A stretch of DNA of 64,000 bases, from NCBI RefSeq assembly GCF_009914755.1, contig NC_060925.1; one strand, 5' to 3'. Positions 14,700-27,900 of this stretch are shown piece by piece. This DNA is from the human T2T-CHM13v2.0 reference genome, Homo sapiens. Positions within the stretch are counted from its first letter, which is position 1; each line of letters opens with the position of its first letter. The translations under genes and the position numbers were made by a program. The notes under the pieces are model-generated. The model was not told the origin of the DNA and made no database searches. It saw nothing but the letters and a program-made list of their open reading frames with translations.

Positions 14700-17600
14700 G
14701 TTGTTAGTAAGGGTATCCCCTGTGAAGGCTTGTTGGTCAGGGAGGAGATGAAGGCTGTTTGGTTTTGGAGAGACAGAGAGAGGGAGAGAGAGAAATGGGT
14801 TTTTGTAATTAATAGCCATTGTGGTTCTGATAGGGCTGAAGGATATAGGTTGCAGTCGAGAGAATGGATTGGCCGACTAGGTGAGATGTAGGTTTATTTT
14901 GGACCGGGTTCGTGTGGTTAGATTAACAGGAAGGGCTGTGAACAGCTGGATTTGTGTGGACAAACAAATCTAACAGTTGGAAAAAAGAGGGGAGCGTGAC
15001 TGATTTAAGAGGTAATGTATGAAGTTGACAAAGGGGGCCCTACTGCCAGAGGCTGGGGGTGGAGACTTAGAGTATCTCACAAAGAAGACAAAAGGAGATT
15101 TGAGTGGGAGTGAAATTTTGGAAGATACCCTGCAGCCATAGCTCCTGGATTAGTGTAGGAAATAGGAGTGGTCTATCCAGGGATGTGGGGAAGGAATAAC
15201 AGGAAAGATCTGAAACAATGTACCAGATAAAAGATTTGAAATTGGAGGAAGAGAGTGTTATGGACCAGGGCCTCCTGGATTGGCAACTTCTGGAATTTTT
15301 GTTAAGTGCCGCTAGGTTAGTCCTGTAAGAAAGGAAGAATTTTGGGGTGGGGGGTGTGGGGAGGGAATTTCTGGATGTAAATTTGGTGCTCTTTTTAGTT
15401 TGGAATGGTGTATCCCGTGTAGAAAGGATGTTAGCTTTCCCGATGTGGGAGTAATTAGAATAACCTGGTGAGCACCCATCCACTTAGATTGGAGAAGGGA
15501 GGAGGAGAAGTCTGTGATCCAGACCCAGTCCACTTGTTGTAGGGACAGGGAGGTGTGTTTTGATGATGGACCTTTAGGCTGGGGCAAGTAAGTGTTTGTG
15601 TACTGTCTTATTAGATGTTGAGTGAGGTGTCATGCAGGCCAACTACCCGGTATAGAAGGGGGAGGAGAAACAGGGAGATTCTGGAGGATAAAGGGGCATT
15701 GTACATGAGTTTAAATAGGCTTAGGCTGAGGGGATTTTAGGGCATGGCTCATAAACCCATGAGGGCCAATGGGAGAAGTGAAGTTCAGGCCATCTTAACC
15801 TCTAGGGACTGTTTGGTTACTTGTTGTTTTAAAAGGGCAATGGCCTGCTTAATTTTACCTGAAGATTGGTGGTGATAAGGAATATGGAATGCCCATTTAA
15901 TGTTTAGAGTCTTCGCTAGCTATTGGTTAACCTGTGAAACAAATGCTCGCCTGTTGTCTGACTGGATAGAAGAGGGGAGTCCAAATGGGAGGATAATGCG
16001 GGTAATACAGAGAATAGAAGTGACAGTGTGTGTGTGGTTTTTTTTTTTTTGATGGTGGTAGGAAAAGTTTCTGTCCATCCAGAGAATGTATCTATTATTG
16101 TCAGAAGGTACTGGATTTGTTTTACAGGGGGTCATGTGAGTGAAGTTGATTTGCCAGTCAGTCTTGCCCTGGCAGGTGTCTTCAGGCCTGGTGTGTGGGG
16201 AAAGGAGGTGGTTTGATAGCTCCCTGAGGGGAAGTTTGAGTGCAAAGGGAACATGCCTTAGTAATATCTTTGAGATTGGCAGTCATGGCAGGAGAATGTG
16301 TATAAGAGTTGGCATAGGGGGCGGTAACCAGTATGAAAATGGTTGTGTACATATGAAAGTACAGAAGGTCCTGGAACTTGGGCAAGACAATTTTATTACT
16401 GAGGTAAAACCATCCTCCTTCCTGAATGGCATCAGCCTGGATGAGTGAGGTTTGTTCTTCCTGGGTATATACAGGATGTATGTTGGGAAAAATGGGCAGT
16501 AATGATGGGGTTTTAAGGGGTGCCTGCCAGGCTGCTGAATTTGCTAAGAAGTTTTCATTGGTTTTGGCATTTGTAGCCTTTTGGTGTTCCTTGCAATAGA
16601 TAATGGTGGCCTTTAGTGGTGGTTCAGCCACCTCCAGCAGTTTGTGTATGAGTTTGCCATTTCCTATGGGGATTCCTTTTGTAGTTAGAAAACCCCTTTT
16701 CTGCCAGATTAAGACCTGAGAATGTAGGATATGGTATGCATATTTGGAATTGGTGTAAATTGGTTAACCCTTTCCTTTTTCCTTTTGCTAGGATGGGCAA
16801 CTAGCTCCTCTTGTTGACAGGTAGTTCTGCCTGTTGAGAGGTAGTATGGGGCTGGAGAGCATTGGATTCTAGGAGTTTGTTTTTGGCAATGATGACATAG
16901 CCAGCTGCTGGACATGGCTCCCTAAAAGAGCTTCCGTTAATGAACCACGTAGGTGTTCCCTGCAAAAGGGCTTGCAAAATGTGTTGGAAGTGGGAGGAGA
17001 GGGAGTCTAAGAGGTCCAGGCAGGAGTGAGAGAGCTCATGTGTTTACAGGGAGGAGGGTGGCCAGGTTAAGAGCTTTAATCTCTGGAGGGTGACTAGAGG
17101 GTTACCTATGAATAAGACATATACCTGCTATAAGCAAGATGACAGGAGGGATAGAAGGGATTGATGGCTTATGAGGTCCTGTAGGTTATGGGAAGATGCA
17201 ATTGTAATGTGTTGGTTAGAGAGTGAGTTTCTGTGCCTCTGGGGCCAGCAATGTGGCCACACCCAATATTTTTAGGCAGAGTTGCCAGCCTTGGATGACA
17301 GAGTCCAGTTGTTTTGAGAGGTATGCAATAGTTTGTGGGGTGTTGCTGTATGTTTGGCAGAGTAGTCCAAGAGCAAGGCCTTGGTTAGAATGTACATACA
17401 GAGTAAAGGGCTTGGTGGGGTTGGGCAGTCCCAGTGCTGGGGTCATTAAAAGGGCATTTTTTTTTTAAAGTTTTTAAAGTGGTAGTTGATGGGGCAAGCT
17501 GAGTTCAGGGGTTCTAGGATGGGCCTTATGAGATACTTCCGGCTGTGAATTCATGTAGAGGAGCTTGGCCAGCAAGCTAAAGTCGGGAATTCACAGTCGG

Positions 17601-18791
17601 AAGTATCCCACAAGGCCCAAGAAGGAGAGGAAGCCCTTCTTTATGAAGGGAAGGGACATGTCCCTTATTAGCTCCTTTGGTTGATTTGGGACGGCCAAAG
17701 AATTAGGGGTTAGAACAATCCCAAGGTAAGTGACCTGGGTTTGGGCTACCTGAGCCTTTGTGGGTGAGACCTGATATCCTCAACTATAGAGGAATTTTAA
17801 AAGCTGAGTGGTGTGTTGGATGGACAGGTTAAAGGAGGGGCTACAGAGAAGGAGGTTATTGATGTATTGGAGGAGGGTGTTAGGAGCAAGGGGAAGTTCA
17901 GCTAGGTCCTTGGTGAAGGCCTGTTCGAATAGGAGGGGGCTATTCTGGAACCCCTGTGGAAGTCCATATTAGTTGGGTGGATGTGTGAGTATCAGGATCT
18001 GACCAAGTGAAAGTAGAAAGACTTTGGGAAGCCAGATCCAAGGGAATAGTAAAAAAGGCATTCTTTGGATCCAATACAGAAAAGTGTGTGGTAGATAGGG
18101 GAATATGGGAGACTAGAGTATGTGGGTTGGGGACCACTGGATGGATTGGAACCACTGCCTGGTTGTTAACTCAAAGATCTTGGACCAAGAAGTAAGACCC
18201 ATCTGGTTTTTTTGACAGCCAGGATAGGAGTGTTGTGGGGAGAATTGACAGGCTTGAGAACTTGAGCTTGTAAAAGTTTACAGATAGTAGGTTTGAGGCC
18301 CCTGAGGCTGGCTGGGTTAAGGGGATATTGAGACTGATGAAGGGAAATGGAGGGGTTTTGGAGAGTTATTTTGACTGGGATGTGATGTTTGGCTATTGTG
18401 AGTCTAGAAACGTTCCAAACTTCAGGATCAACAGAAAGTAACAAGGTAGATAGTGAGGAAAGGCTGGAGCAGCAAACATTCTGAGTGCATCCCCTAAGAA
18501 GGCAGGCCATGGTCACCTGGTGACTGGGAAGACCTCTCACCCAGCGCTGGGATTTTCTGGTGAATTGGAAGAAATAGGGATCTGGAAAGGAGGAAAAAGG
18601 AGAGTCACCCACTAATTGGAGACAGGTGTTGGATGTGATGAGAATGAGGGAAGGGGGCTGGGAACAGGGAGTCCACTCAGGATCTGGAAGCAGGTCTGAT
18701 TCTAGTTTTTTCTGCTTGCTGCTTTCCAGATTGTAAGAGAAGACTTACCCATTTAGAACCCAATCCCCATTCCAGGTTTTGGCACCCAAAA

Positions 18792-19200
18792 TGTTAGATT
18801 TTGAAGCGAAGGCAAGGGTTAAAGAAAGGTACAGAAAGAGAGGGAGAGAGGGCAGCTTAACAGCAAATCCAGGCTTTATGTCCAGCATAAGACCTATAGA
18901 GATGGGAGACCAACTTAATCCAAGTTCCCACCACTACTTACAGGCTGGGGCAATTGATAGGCCTGGGTGGGAGGGGAGTTGCGGGGCATGGCCTGCTGCC
19001 TGGGAAAATGTTGATAACGTGTTCCCAGGATGAGAGTTTTGGCCCTTTTCCGGCAGAATGTGGTGTTCCTTGCATTTTCTCCCAGCAGAATATAAGAGAC
19101 AGGCTATTTCTCACAGCCTGAACCTCTTTGGAATGTTTCACTTTGACGAAGGTCTGCAAAATAGTGGGCATCTTACAAAATGGTGCAGTTTGGGCTAACA
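18792..19200 (-). promoter_or_regulatory. 5' LTR of the HERV-F-like provirus
   Basis: TG...CA termini, PBS adjacent at about 18770-18790, homologous to 11800-12148. Confidence 0.85.
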
Positions 19201-20311
19201 ATCTGATATAAGAATAGCTATTCCTGCTTGCTTTTGGTGTCCATCTTCATGGAATATCTTTTTCCACCCCTATACCTTAAGTTTAAGTGAGTCCTTATGT
19301 GTTAGATGAGTTTCTTGAAGACAGCAGATACTTGATTGGTGAATTCTTATCTATTCCACCATTCTGTATCTTTTAAGTAGAGCATATAGGTCATTTAAAC
19401 ATTCAATGTGAGTATTGAAATGTGAGGTATTATTCAGTTTGTTGTGCTAGATGTTGCCTGAACACCTTGTTTTTATTTTGTTTTTTTATTTCATTGTGTT
19501 ACTGTTTTATAGGTCCTGTGGGATTTATGCTTTAAGAAGGTTCTATTTTGGTGTATTTCAAGGTTTTGTTTGAAGATTTAGAACTCCTCTTTAGTAGTTC
19601 TTGTAGTGCTGGCTTGGTAATGGCAAATTCTCTCAGCATTTGTTTGTCTGAAAAGGACTTTATCTTTCTTTCATTTCTGAAGCTTAGTTTTGCTAGATAC
19701 AAGATTCTTGGTTGATAATTGTTTTGTTTAAAGAGACTAAAGATACAACCCCAATCCCTTCTAGCTTGTAGGGTTTCTGCTGAGAAATCTGCTGTTAATC
19801 TGATAGGTTTTCCTTTATAGGTTACCTGATACCTTTGCTTCACAGCTCTTAAGATTATTTCCTTTGTCTTGATTTTAGATAACCTGATAATTATATGTCT
19901 AGGTGATGATCTTTTTGTGATGAATTTCCTGGGTGTTCTTTGAGCTTTTTGTATGTGGAAGTCTAGATCTCTAGCAAGGCCAGAAAAATTTTCCTCAATT
20001 GTTTCCTCAAATAAGTTTTCCAAACTTTTAGATTTCTTCTTTGGGAACACCAATTATTCATTCTTAGGTTTGGTCATTTAACATAATTTCAAACTTTTTG
20101 GAGGCTTTGTTCATTTTTTAAAAATTCTTTTTTCTTTTCTCTTTGTCAGATTGGGTTAATTAGAAAGCCTTGTTTTCAAGCTCTGAAAATATTTCTTCTA
20201 TTGCTTTCTTCTATTGTTGAAACTTTCAAGTGTATTTTGCATTTCTGTAAGTGTGTCTTTTATTTCCTGAAGTTGCAATTGTTTTTTTATTTATGCTTTC
20301 TATTTCTCTAG

Positions 20312-20648
<337 letters not shown>

Positions 20649-22213
20649 TTTTAAAAATTTCTTTAAGTTGGTTTTCACCTTTCTCTGGTGCCTCCTTGAG
20701 TAGCTGAATAATTGACCTTCTGAATTCTTTCTCTGGCAATTCAGAGATTTCTTCTTGGTTTGGATTTATTGGTGGTGAGCTAGTGTGATCTTATGGGGGT
20801 GTTAAAGAACCTTGCTCTGTCATATTACCAGAATTGATTTTCTCGTTCCTTCTCATTTGGGGTAGACTATGTCAGAGGAAAGATCTGGGGTTCAAGCGTT
20901 GCTGTTCAGATTCTTTTGTTCCATGGGGTGATCCCTTGATGTGGTGCTCTCCCCCTTCCTTTAGGGATGGGGCTTCCTGACAGCGGGACTACAGTGATCA
21001 TTATTGTTCTTCTGGGTCTAGCCATCCAGCAGAGCTCCTGGGCTGTGGGCTGGTACTGGGGAACGCCTTCAAAGAGTCCTGTGATGTGATCCATCTTCAG
21101 GTCTCTCAGCCATGAATACCAGCACCTGCTTCAGTGGAGATAGCAAGGAAGTGAAGAGGACTCTGTGAGGGTCCTTGGTTGTAGTTTTATTTGGTGTGCT
21201 GGTTTTCTTGAATGCTGGTTGTGCTAGCAGTGAAATTGTCACATGGACAGACTCAGGACCTCTAGTTGGCCAGGATGTTACAGGCAGTGGAATTAGCTGT
21301 TATTTTCTCCTTTCTTGGAGCAGGGTTGTTCTGTTATGAGTTGCTATAATGGCTTGCATTGGCTGGCCTCCAGCTAGGGGCTGGTGCTTTCAAGAGACCA
21401 TCAGCTGTGGTAGTATGGGGGAATACAAGTTTGCCCTAAGGTTGCCTAAGTAAGTATTCAGGTTTTTCAGGCAATGGGCGGGATCATAGAGCTCCCAAGA
21501 GATTATGTTTTTTGTCTTTGGCTACCAGGGCTGGTAGAGATGGACCATCAGGTGGGAGCAGGGTTAGGCATGTCTGAGCTCAGACTCTCCTTGGGTGGGG
21601 CTTGCTGCAATGGCTGTGGGGGATAGGGATGTGGTTCTCAGGCCAATGACATTAGGTTCCCAGGGGGATTATGCATGCTTTTGCTGTGTCATGCAGGTCA
21701 CCAGGGAAGTAGGGGGAAGCTGGCAGTGACAGGCTTCACCCAGTTCCCATGCAGCCAGCAAGACTAGTCTCATTCCCACTGTGCTCCACCACCAGCACTG
21801 AGTTCATATCCAGGCAGCTGGTGAGTAGGGCTGAGATTTTGCCCCAGGTTACAAGCCTCCCTGTTGAGAAAGCAAGCAGGGCTTTTAGGCCCTGCCCTTC
21901 CCTGACTGCGGTGGATTCTGTGGTCATATCTGCACATCCTGTTCCCTGCCACCACCACCCCCCAAAAAAAATCTGCCCAGGAAAGTTCACAGCTAGTCAA
22001 AATTATTATAAGATTTAACTGGAAGTTTCCTTCTCCCTGTGATCTTTCCCCAATTACACTAGCAGCCCTCCCCAAGGACCCCTGTGAGACAACGTCAGAA
22101 ATGGCTTTCCTGGGGATCAGGAATGCCCACAGGACTCTTCCTGCTGCTTCTTCTACTTTATATTTTGCTCTGCTCTCTAAATTCATTTCAGCTCTAGGTA
22201 AGGTTAAATCCTT

Positions 22214-22476
22214 CTGTAATCCCAGCACTTTGAGAGGCCAAGGCAGGAGGATTGCTTGAGTCCAGGAGTTTGAGATAACAACATAACAAGACCCCATCTC
22301 TACAAGAAATAAATTAACTGGGCATGGTGGTAAATGCCTGTAGTCCCTGATGCTCAGGAGACTGAGGGAGGAGGATCACTTGTGCCCAGGAGTTTGAAGT
22401 TGCAGTAGACTATGATTGGACACTGCACTCTGGCATGGGTGACAGATTGAGACCCTGTCTCAAAAAAAGAAAAAAA
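22214..22476 (+). mobile_element. AluJ-like, 5'-truncated
   Basis: CTGTAATCCCAGCACTTTG through GACCCTGTCTC and an A-tail. Confidence 0.9.
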
Positions 22477-24259
22477 GGATAAGTAATAATAGTGGGCAAC
22501 TAAGTGGCCTAGACTGTAGAAGTTTTGGCAGTAACAGCAGTCCTGTGGTTGTTGATGTCCTCAGCGTCAAGGGCTTTTGGAGTCCTCCTATTCTCATTTT
22601 CCCCACAATGGGGGTAACAGCTGAGGGTATTCCTCTTGGCATCAGATCTGACATTGTCTACACTCAGTTGTGGTGGTGTGGGTTCCAGGTGTAGGTGCTT
22701 GGAGAGGCTGTGGGACTGGGTTCCTAAGCTCAGTTAGGGTCTTGTGAACCTATTGTGGCACCTGAGTCTCGAGTTACAGGTTCACTGTCTGTGGATGTAG
22801 GTTGTCCATCGAGCAAGAATCTGTGACTGAGGCATTCCCCAGCATCTTGTGACCGGAGGCCTGAATTGTAGCTGTGATTTTGCTCCAGAGGAGAGGGCTT
22901 CTCTGAGAAATTCCTCAATGAAATTGTTTATCTTATAATGAGGGTCAACTATGGCCAAAGCATGGACATTAATGTCTTTTGGAGGGCAGAATCACTGATT
23001 CTAGCCTCTGAGCAGTGGAAGGTGTCAATAAACTTGTTTCCTCAGGGTTTCTTCAAGCTTCCAAAAGCAATGTTATATCTGGCCCAGTAATGTTCATAGA
23101 GGACAAAACAAGGATTAAATAGACAGGAATTACACTTGGAGAACTATTCCACAATTCAGCTCTACATTGTTGCAAAGAATCAATGTCAGTAAAACTTTAC
23201 AAATTGCTGCTGAGGAATGGAATAATTAAAAAATACTGGATTTAACACCAACTCTCCTTATTGCAATTTACTTAGTCTGATTCTACTAGCTCTTCTTTTG
23301 TTGTAAACATTTCCTATAAATAGGAAATATCATTTGAGAAAGTGAGGGGAAGTGGAGAGAGAGAGAGAGAGAGAAGCCATTTTTTGTGTGCCATGTCTTA
23401 TAAGAACTTTACATACTGACTGTGTATCTGTGTATATTCCATTCTGTACAGTTTTTAGGTAGTTCAAGAATTGCAGGCTTTTAATCAGATCACAAAAAGA
23501 ATAGACCTTCAGCATTAGCTCGGTCAGGTTTCTTAAACTTAGGTTTATAATGTAACCGTCTGTAATATATCTCTCATTTGACCCTGTGGGCCATAAAATA
23601 AAATTTATAAACTAGATATTGTGGAATGCATTCTCACCACCAAACTATTCACAAAGAACCACAATGGACTGGTATGGGTTTTGTTTTGAGTCTTCTTTCT
23701 ACTCTTGTATTCAAAATATTCTGCCCTTAAAGATTTTGTTCAAAATAGACAAGAATATCATTAAACAAACAAACACACAAACAAAAAACTGTCCTTCCTA
23801 CACTGTTCAATGTGTTCCTTTGTTATTTAGAAAGTTTATTTTGCTTTACTATACCCTTTGCTATAGTATAGTAAAGCTATACTATATGTCCTTTGCTATA
23901 CCCAGGCACTGTAATCTTTCACCTGGTTTCTTTAACTTTTGTGAAGGTATTTTTGTACAGATAGTTGTTCAAGATGATGCAAAGGGATAAGCAATGGAGA
24001 GTCTTATTCAGCCATCTTACTTATGTGCATCTCCTCATCATTTTGCTTTTGTTTTTGTTTTAGCACATCCTACTTTCTGACACCACAAAATGCCCCAAAT
24101 TTATCTTCTGTCTTTCAAAGCCCTGGAATTAGCCACTTGTTTTCTGAGATGTCATGGTTCTTTTCTTTTTCCTTTTTCTCAAAATGACATTTAGAAACAA
24201 ATATCTGGGAACTAAGAGTGCTCATTGCTAGTGGGATGTCATTGCTTCAAAGCTGACAA

Positions 24260-24261
<2 letters not shown>

Positions 24262-24285
<24 letters not shown>
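24262..24285. repeat. (CA)n microsatellite
   Basis: About 12 CA units. Confidence 0.95.
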
Positions 24286-24291
<6 letters not shown>

Positions 24292-24364
24292 TCACACTCA
24301 TTTACTCAAATGATGAATTCATACTGATAACTCCAATTCCAATCCAAGATATCAACAAGTATTT

Positions 24365-24815
24365 TGTAAAAGGAAAATAAATCTTGAGGCCCCAAAATCA
24401 CTAAGCTAAAGGGAAAAGTTAAGATGGGAACTGCTCAGGGCAAACTTGCCTCCCATTCTATTCAGAGTCACCCATCTGCTCACTGAGATAAATGTGTATC
24501 TGATTGCATCCTTTGGAGAGGCTAATCAGAAACTCAAAGGAATACAACGATTTGTCTCTTATCTACCTAAGACCTGGAAGCCCCCTACCCGCTTCAAGTT
24601 GTCCTGCCTTTCTGGACCGAGCCAGTGTTCATCTTACATGTGTTGATTGATGTCTCATGTTTCCCTAAAATGTATAAAAACAAACTGTGCTCTGACTACC
24701 TTGGGCACATATCATCAGTACCTCCTGAGGCTGTGTCATGGGTGTGTGTCCTCAACCTTGGCAAAATAAACTTTCTAAATTAACTGAAACCTGTCTTAGA
24801 TATTCAGCATTTACA
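24365..24815 (+). promoter_or_regulatory. MER4A1 5' LTR
   Basis: TGTAAAAGGAAAATAAATCTTG...; TATA box (GTATAAAAA); AATAAA at about 24766; ends TTACA. Confidence 0.88.
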
Positions 24816-24960
24816 TTTTGGCAACCACAAAGGGATTCTGAGTGGAGGTACCCCTGATCTTTGATGAATCTCCTATAGGTGCTTGGTATCAGCATAAGCT
24901 AAGTTTATGGCCCAAATCAATAGAACAATTTGCTGAGGTCTGGGAGCACCCCCTCCAGAG

Positions 24961-27900
24961 TGTCACCTGTGTCTGTGTGAAGAGACCACCAAACAGACTT
25001 TGTGTGAGAAATAAAGCTTTTTAATCACCTAGCTGCAGACAGGCTGAGTCTGAAAAGAGAGTAAAGGGAGATAGGGGTGGGGCAGTTTTATAGGATTTGG
25101 ATAGGTAGTGGAAAATCTATTTTAAGTATTTTAGTTTCCTGACTGTGGGCATGTGAGTAAAGTCAATTTGCCAATCCTGGGCAGGGGCAAATCTCTGAGC
25201 TTGATGTCTAGGGAAGGGAGGGGGCCTGAACAATCCCTGGGGAGTAGTAGACTAGCAGATAGAACACTGAGAAGTGATTTCCTTGAGGATAGATTTCCAT
25301 GATGGAAAGGAAATGAGAGGTTCTAAGAGACAGGCTAGTGGCTTATAACCTACATGGAAGAGGTTATGAAATGATGACAGAATAGAATGAGCCTGTGAGG
25401 CTGGAAGGAGATATTTTCCTTGGTCTAAGAACCATTTGCCTTGTATGGGAAGAGATCGATTGGTGGAAGTTTCAGTGGGGGAGTAGGTGGGAGTGACCAA
25501 AGAGAAGGAGAAAAACTGGCAGTGAGGGACAGAAGTTGGAACGCTAGGTGCTTCTTTAGCTACCTTATCAGCATAAGCATTGGCCTGAGCAATGGGATCT
25601 GATGTCTTTTGATGGCCCTTGCAGTGAATGACTCCAGCTTCCTTTGGAAGTAAAGCAGCCTTGAGAAGAGTTTTTATTAAAGAGGCATTAATGATAGAGG
25701 ATCCTTGCGTAGTGAGGAAACCTCTTTCAGCCCATATAACAGCATGGTGGTGTAGGATATAGGAGGCATATTTAGAGTCAGTATGAATATTGACGTGTAG
25801 TCCTTTTGCAAGAGTGAGGGCCTGAGTTAAGGCAATGAGTTTGGCTTGCTGAGAGGTAGTGGATGGGGACAGAATGGTAGCCTCAATGATAGATGTGAAA
25901 GATACTATAGCATAACCTGCCTATGCTGGTGAGTGGAGATTAGGCCTGGTGGAACTGCCATTAGTAAACCAAGTGTGATCAGGGTGAGGAACAGGAAAGA
26001 AGGAAATATGGGGAAATGGAGTGAATGTCAGGTGGATCAGAGAGATACAGCCGTGGGGGTCAGGTGTGGTATTAGGAATAATGTGGGGGCCAGCCTAAAA
26101 CAGTAATGTCAAGTTGTTTGGACAGAAAGGCTACAGGGTGCGGTCCCAGCTCTTGTGTAGGAATTTTGACCGCACAGCCCTGCACTTTGTCTGTGTGTAA
26201 TGAAAAGCGTTGGGATGAGTTAGGGAGATCTAGGGTGGGAGCAGATTTTAGGGCTGTTTTTAAGGAATGGAAAGAAGAATGGTGAAAGGATTTAGGATCT
26301 ATGGGGTCAGCTAGGTTTACTTTGTGAGTTTATATAATGGTTTAGTCAGGTTGGCAAAACCAGGTATCCAAAGGTGAAAGTACCTGACCATGCCTAGGAA
26401 GGAAAGCAGCTGTTACTTTGTAGAAGGGGTTGGGGTTTGGGAGATTAGCCGGACATGATCAGCAGGGAGAGCACGTGTGTTTTTATTAAGAATTATGCTG
26501 AGATAGGTAATGGATGAGGAAGAAATTTGGGCTTTGGAGGGAGATACGCAATATTCTTTTGAGAATAGATGTTGGAGGAGCAGGAGGGTGTCCTGTTGGG
26601 AAGATTTGTAGGAGGGGCTATAAAGTAGAAGGTTGTCAAAATATTCAATAAGGTGAGAAGCAGATGGACGGAAAGAAAGTAAATCATGAGAAAGGGCTTG
26701 ACTGAAGTAATGGGGGCTGTTCCTGAAGCCTTGCAGCAATACAGCCTAGGTATGTTGTTGAGACTGATGGGTGTCAGGGTCAGTCCAAGTAAAAGCAAAG
26801 AGGGGCTGGGATGAGGGGTGTAGGGGAATAATGGAAAAAGCACCTTTAAGATCAAGAATGGAATAGTGAGTTGTGGAGGGAGGTATTGAGGACAAAAGAG
26901 TGTACCGGTTGGGCACCACAGGGTGGATAGGCAAAACAATTTGGTTGATAAGGTGGAGATCCTGAACTTACCCATAGGACTTGTCCAGTTTTTGGACAGG
27001 TAAAATGGGGGAATTGTAAAGAGAGTTTATAGGCTTTAGGAGGCCATGCTGTAACAGGCAATTGATAACAGGATTTAATCCTTTTAAAGCCTGCTGTGGG
27101 ATGGAATATTGGCATTGAGTGGGGTAAGGGTGATTAGGTTTTAATGGGTTAGTAATGGGTGTGTGATTGGTTGCCAGGGAGGGAGTAGAGGTGTCCCATA
27201 TCTGTGGGTTAAGGTAGTGGGATATGAGAGGAAGATGCAAAGGAGGCTTTGGGTTGGGAAGAAGGGTGGCAATGAGCTGTGGCTGTAGTCCAGGAATAGT
27301 CAGGGAAGCAGATAATTTGGTTAAAATGTCTCAGCCTAATAAGGGAACAGGGCAGGTAGGGATAACTAAAAAAGAGTGCATAAAAGAATGTTGTCCAAGT
27401 TGGCACAAGAGTGGGGGAGTTTTAAGGGATTTTGAAGCTTGGCCATCAATACCCACAACAGTTATGGGGGCAAGGGAAACAGCCCCTTGAAAAGAAGGTA
27501 ATGTGGAGAGGGTAGCCCCCATATCAATTAAGCAGGGGACGGACTTACCCTCCACTGTGAGAGTTACCTGAAGCTAGGCATGCGTGATGGTCCAGGGGGC
27601 TTCCGAGGTGATTGGGCAGTGTAAGTCTTCAGCCACTAAGCTGAGCAGATCTGGGAAGGAGTCAGTCAGTCAGAGAACTTTGGGCCAGAGCTTTAGGGGC
27701 TCTAGGAGTGGCTGCTGGGTGAGCTGGGCAGTCTGATTTCCAGTGGGTCCCTGCACAGATGGGACACTGCTTGGGAGGAATCCTGGGCTGTGAGCATTCC
27801 TTGGCCCAGTGGCCAGATTTCTGGCCCTTGAAGCAAGATCCTGATGGAGGAGGTCCTGTAGGAATGCTTGACCACTGCAGCTTAGGCATGTGTGGCTTAG

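Larger units (their letters stand above)
12200..15100 (-). pseudogene. Degenerate env remnant, split by two solo LTRs
   Basis: C*IC (decayed CWLC-type motif) at 14964-14975. Fusion-peptide-like FAGLNIPAALRTVIAG spans the LTR1 insertion site. Transmembrane-proximal LTIGPYILTFIAQ at about 12380-12420. Confidence 0.7.
11800..19200 (-). mobile_element. Class I (gamma-like) provirus with tRNA-Phe-like PBS, LTR46/HERV-F(c)-like, internally deleted
   Basis: Paired LTRs at 11800-12148 and 18792-19200. Flanks GTCTG/ATCTG form a TSD with one mismatch. The PBS on the minus strand, GGGTGCCAAAAACCTGGAA, resembles the Phe PBS TGGTGCCGAAACCCGGGA. pol remnants: SPHNTPILAVKK, HFSVLDPKNAF, QYINN at 17855-17866, PALGLPNPTKPF, FGLPSSIQSDN. 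env remnants are also present. Confidence 0.85.

Noticed and set aside
19532-20053. 173-aa ORF
   Set aside because: It is a fragment of L1 ORF1p in a disrupted L1PB, not a host gene.
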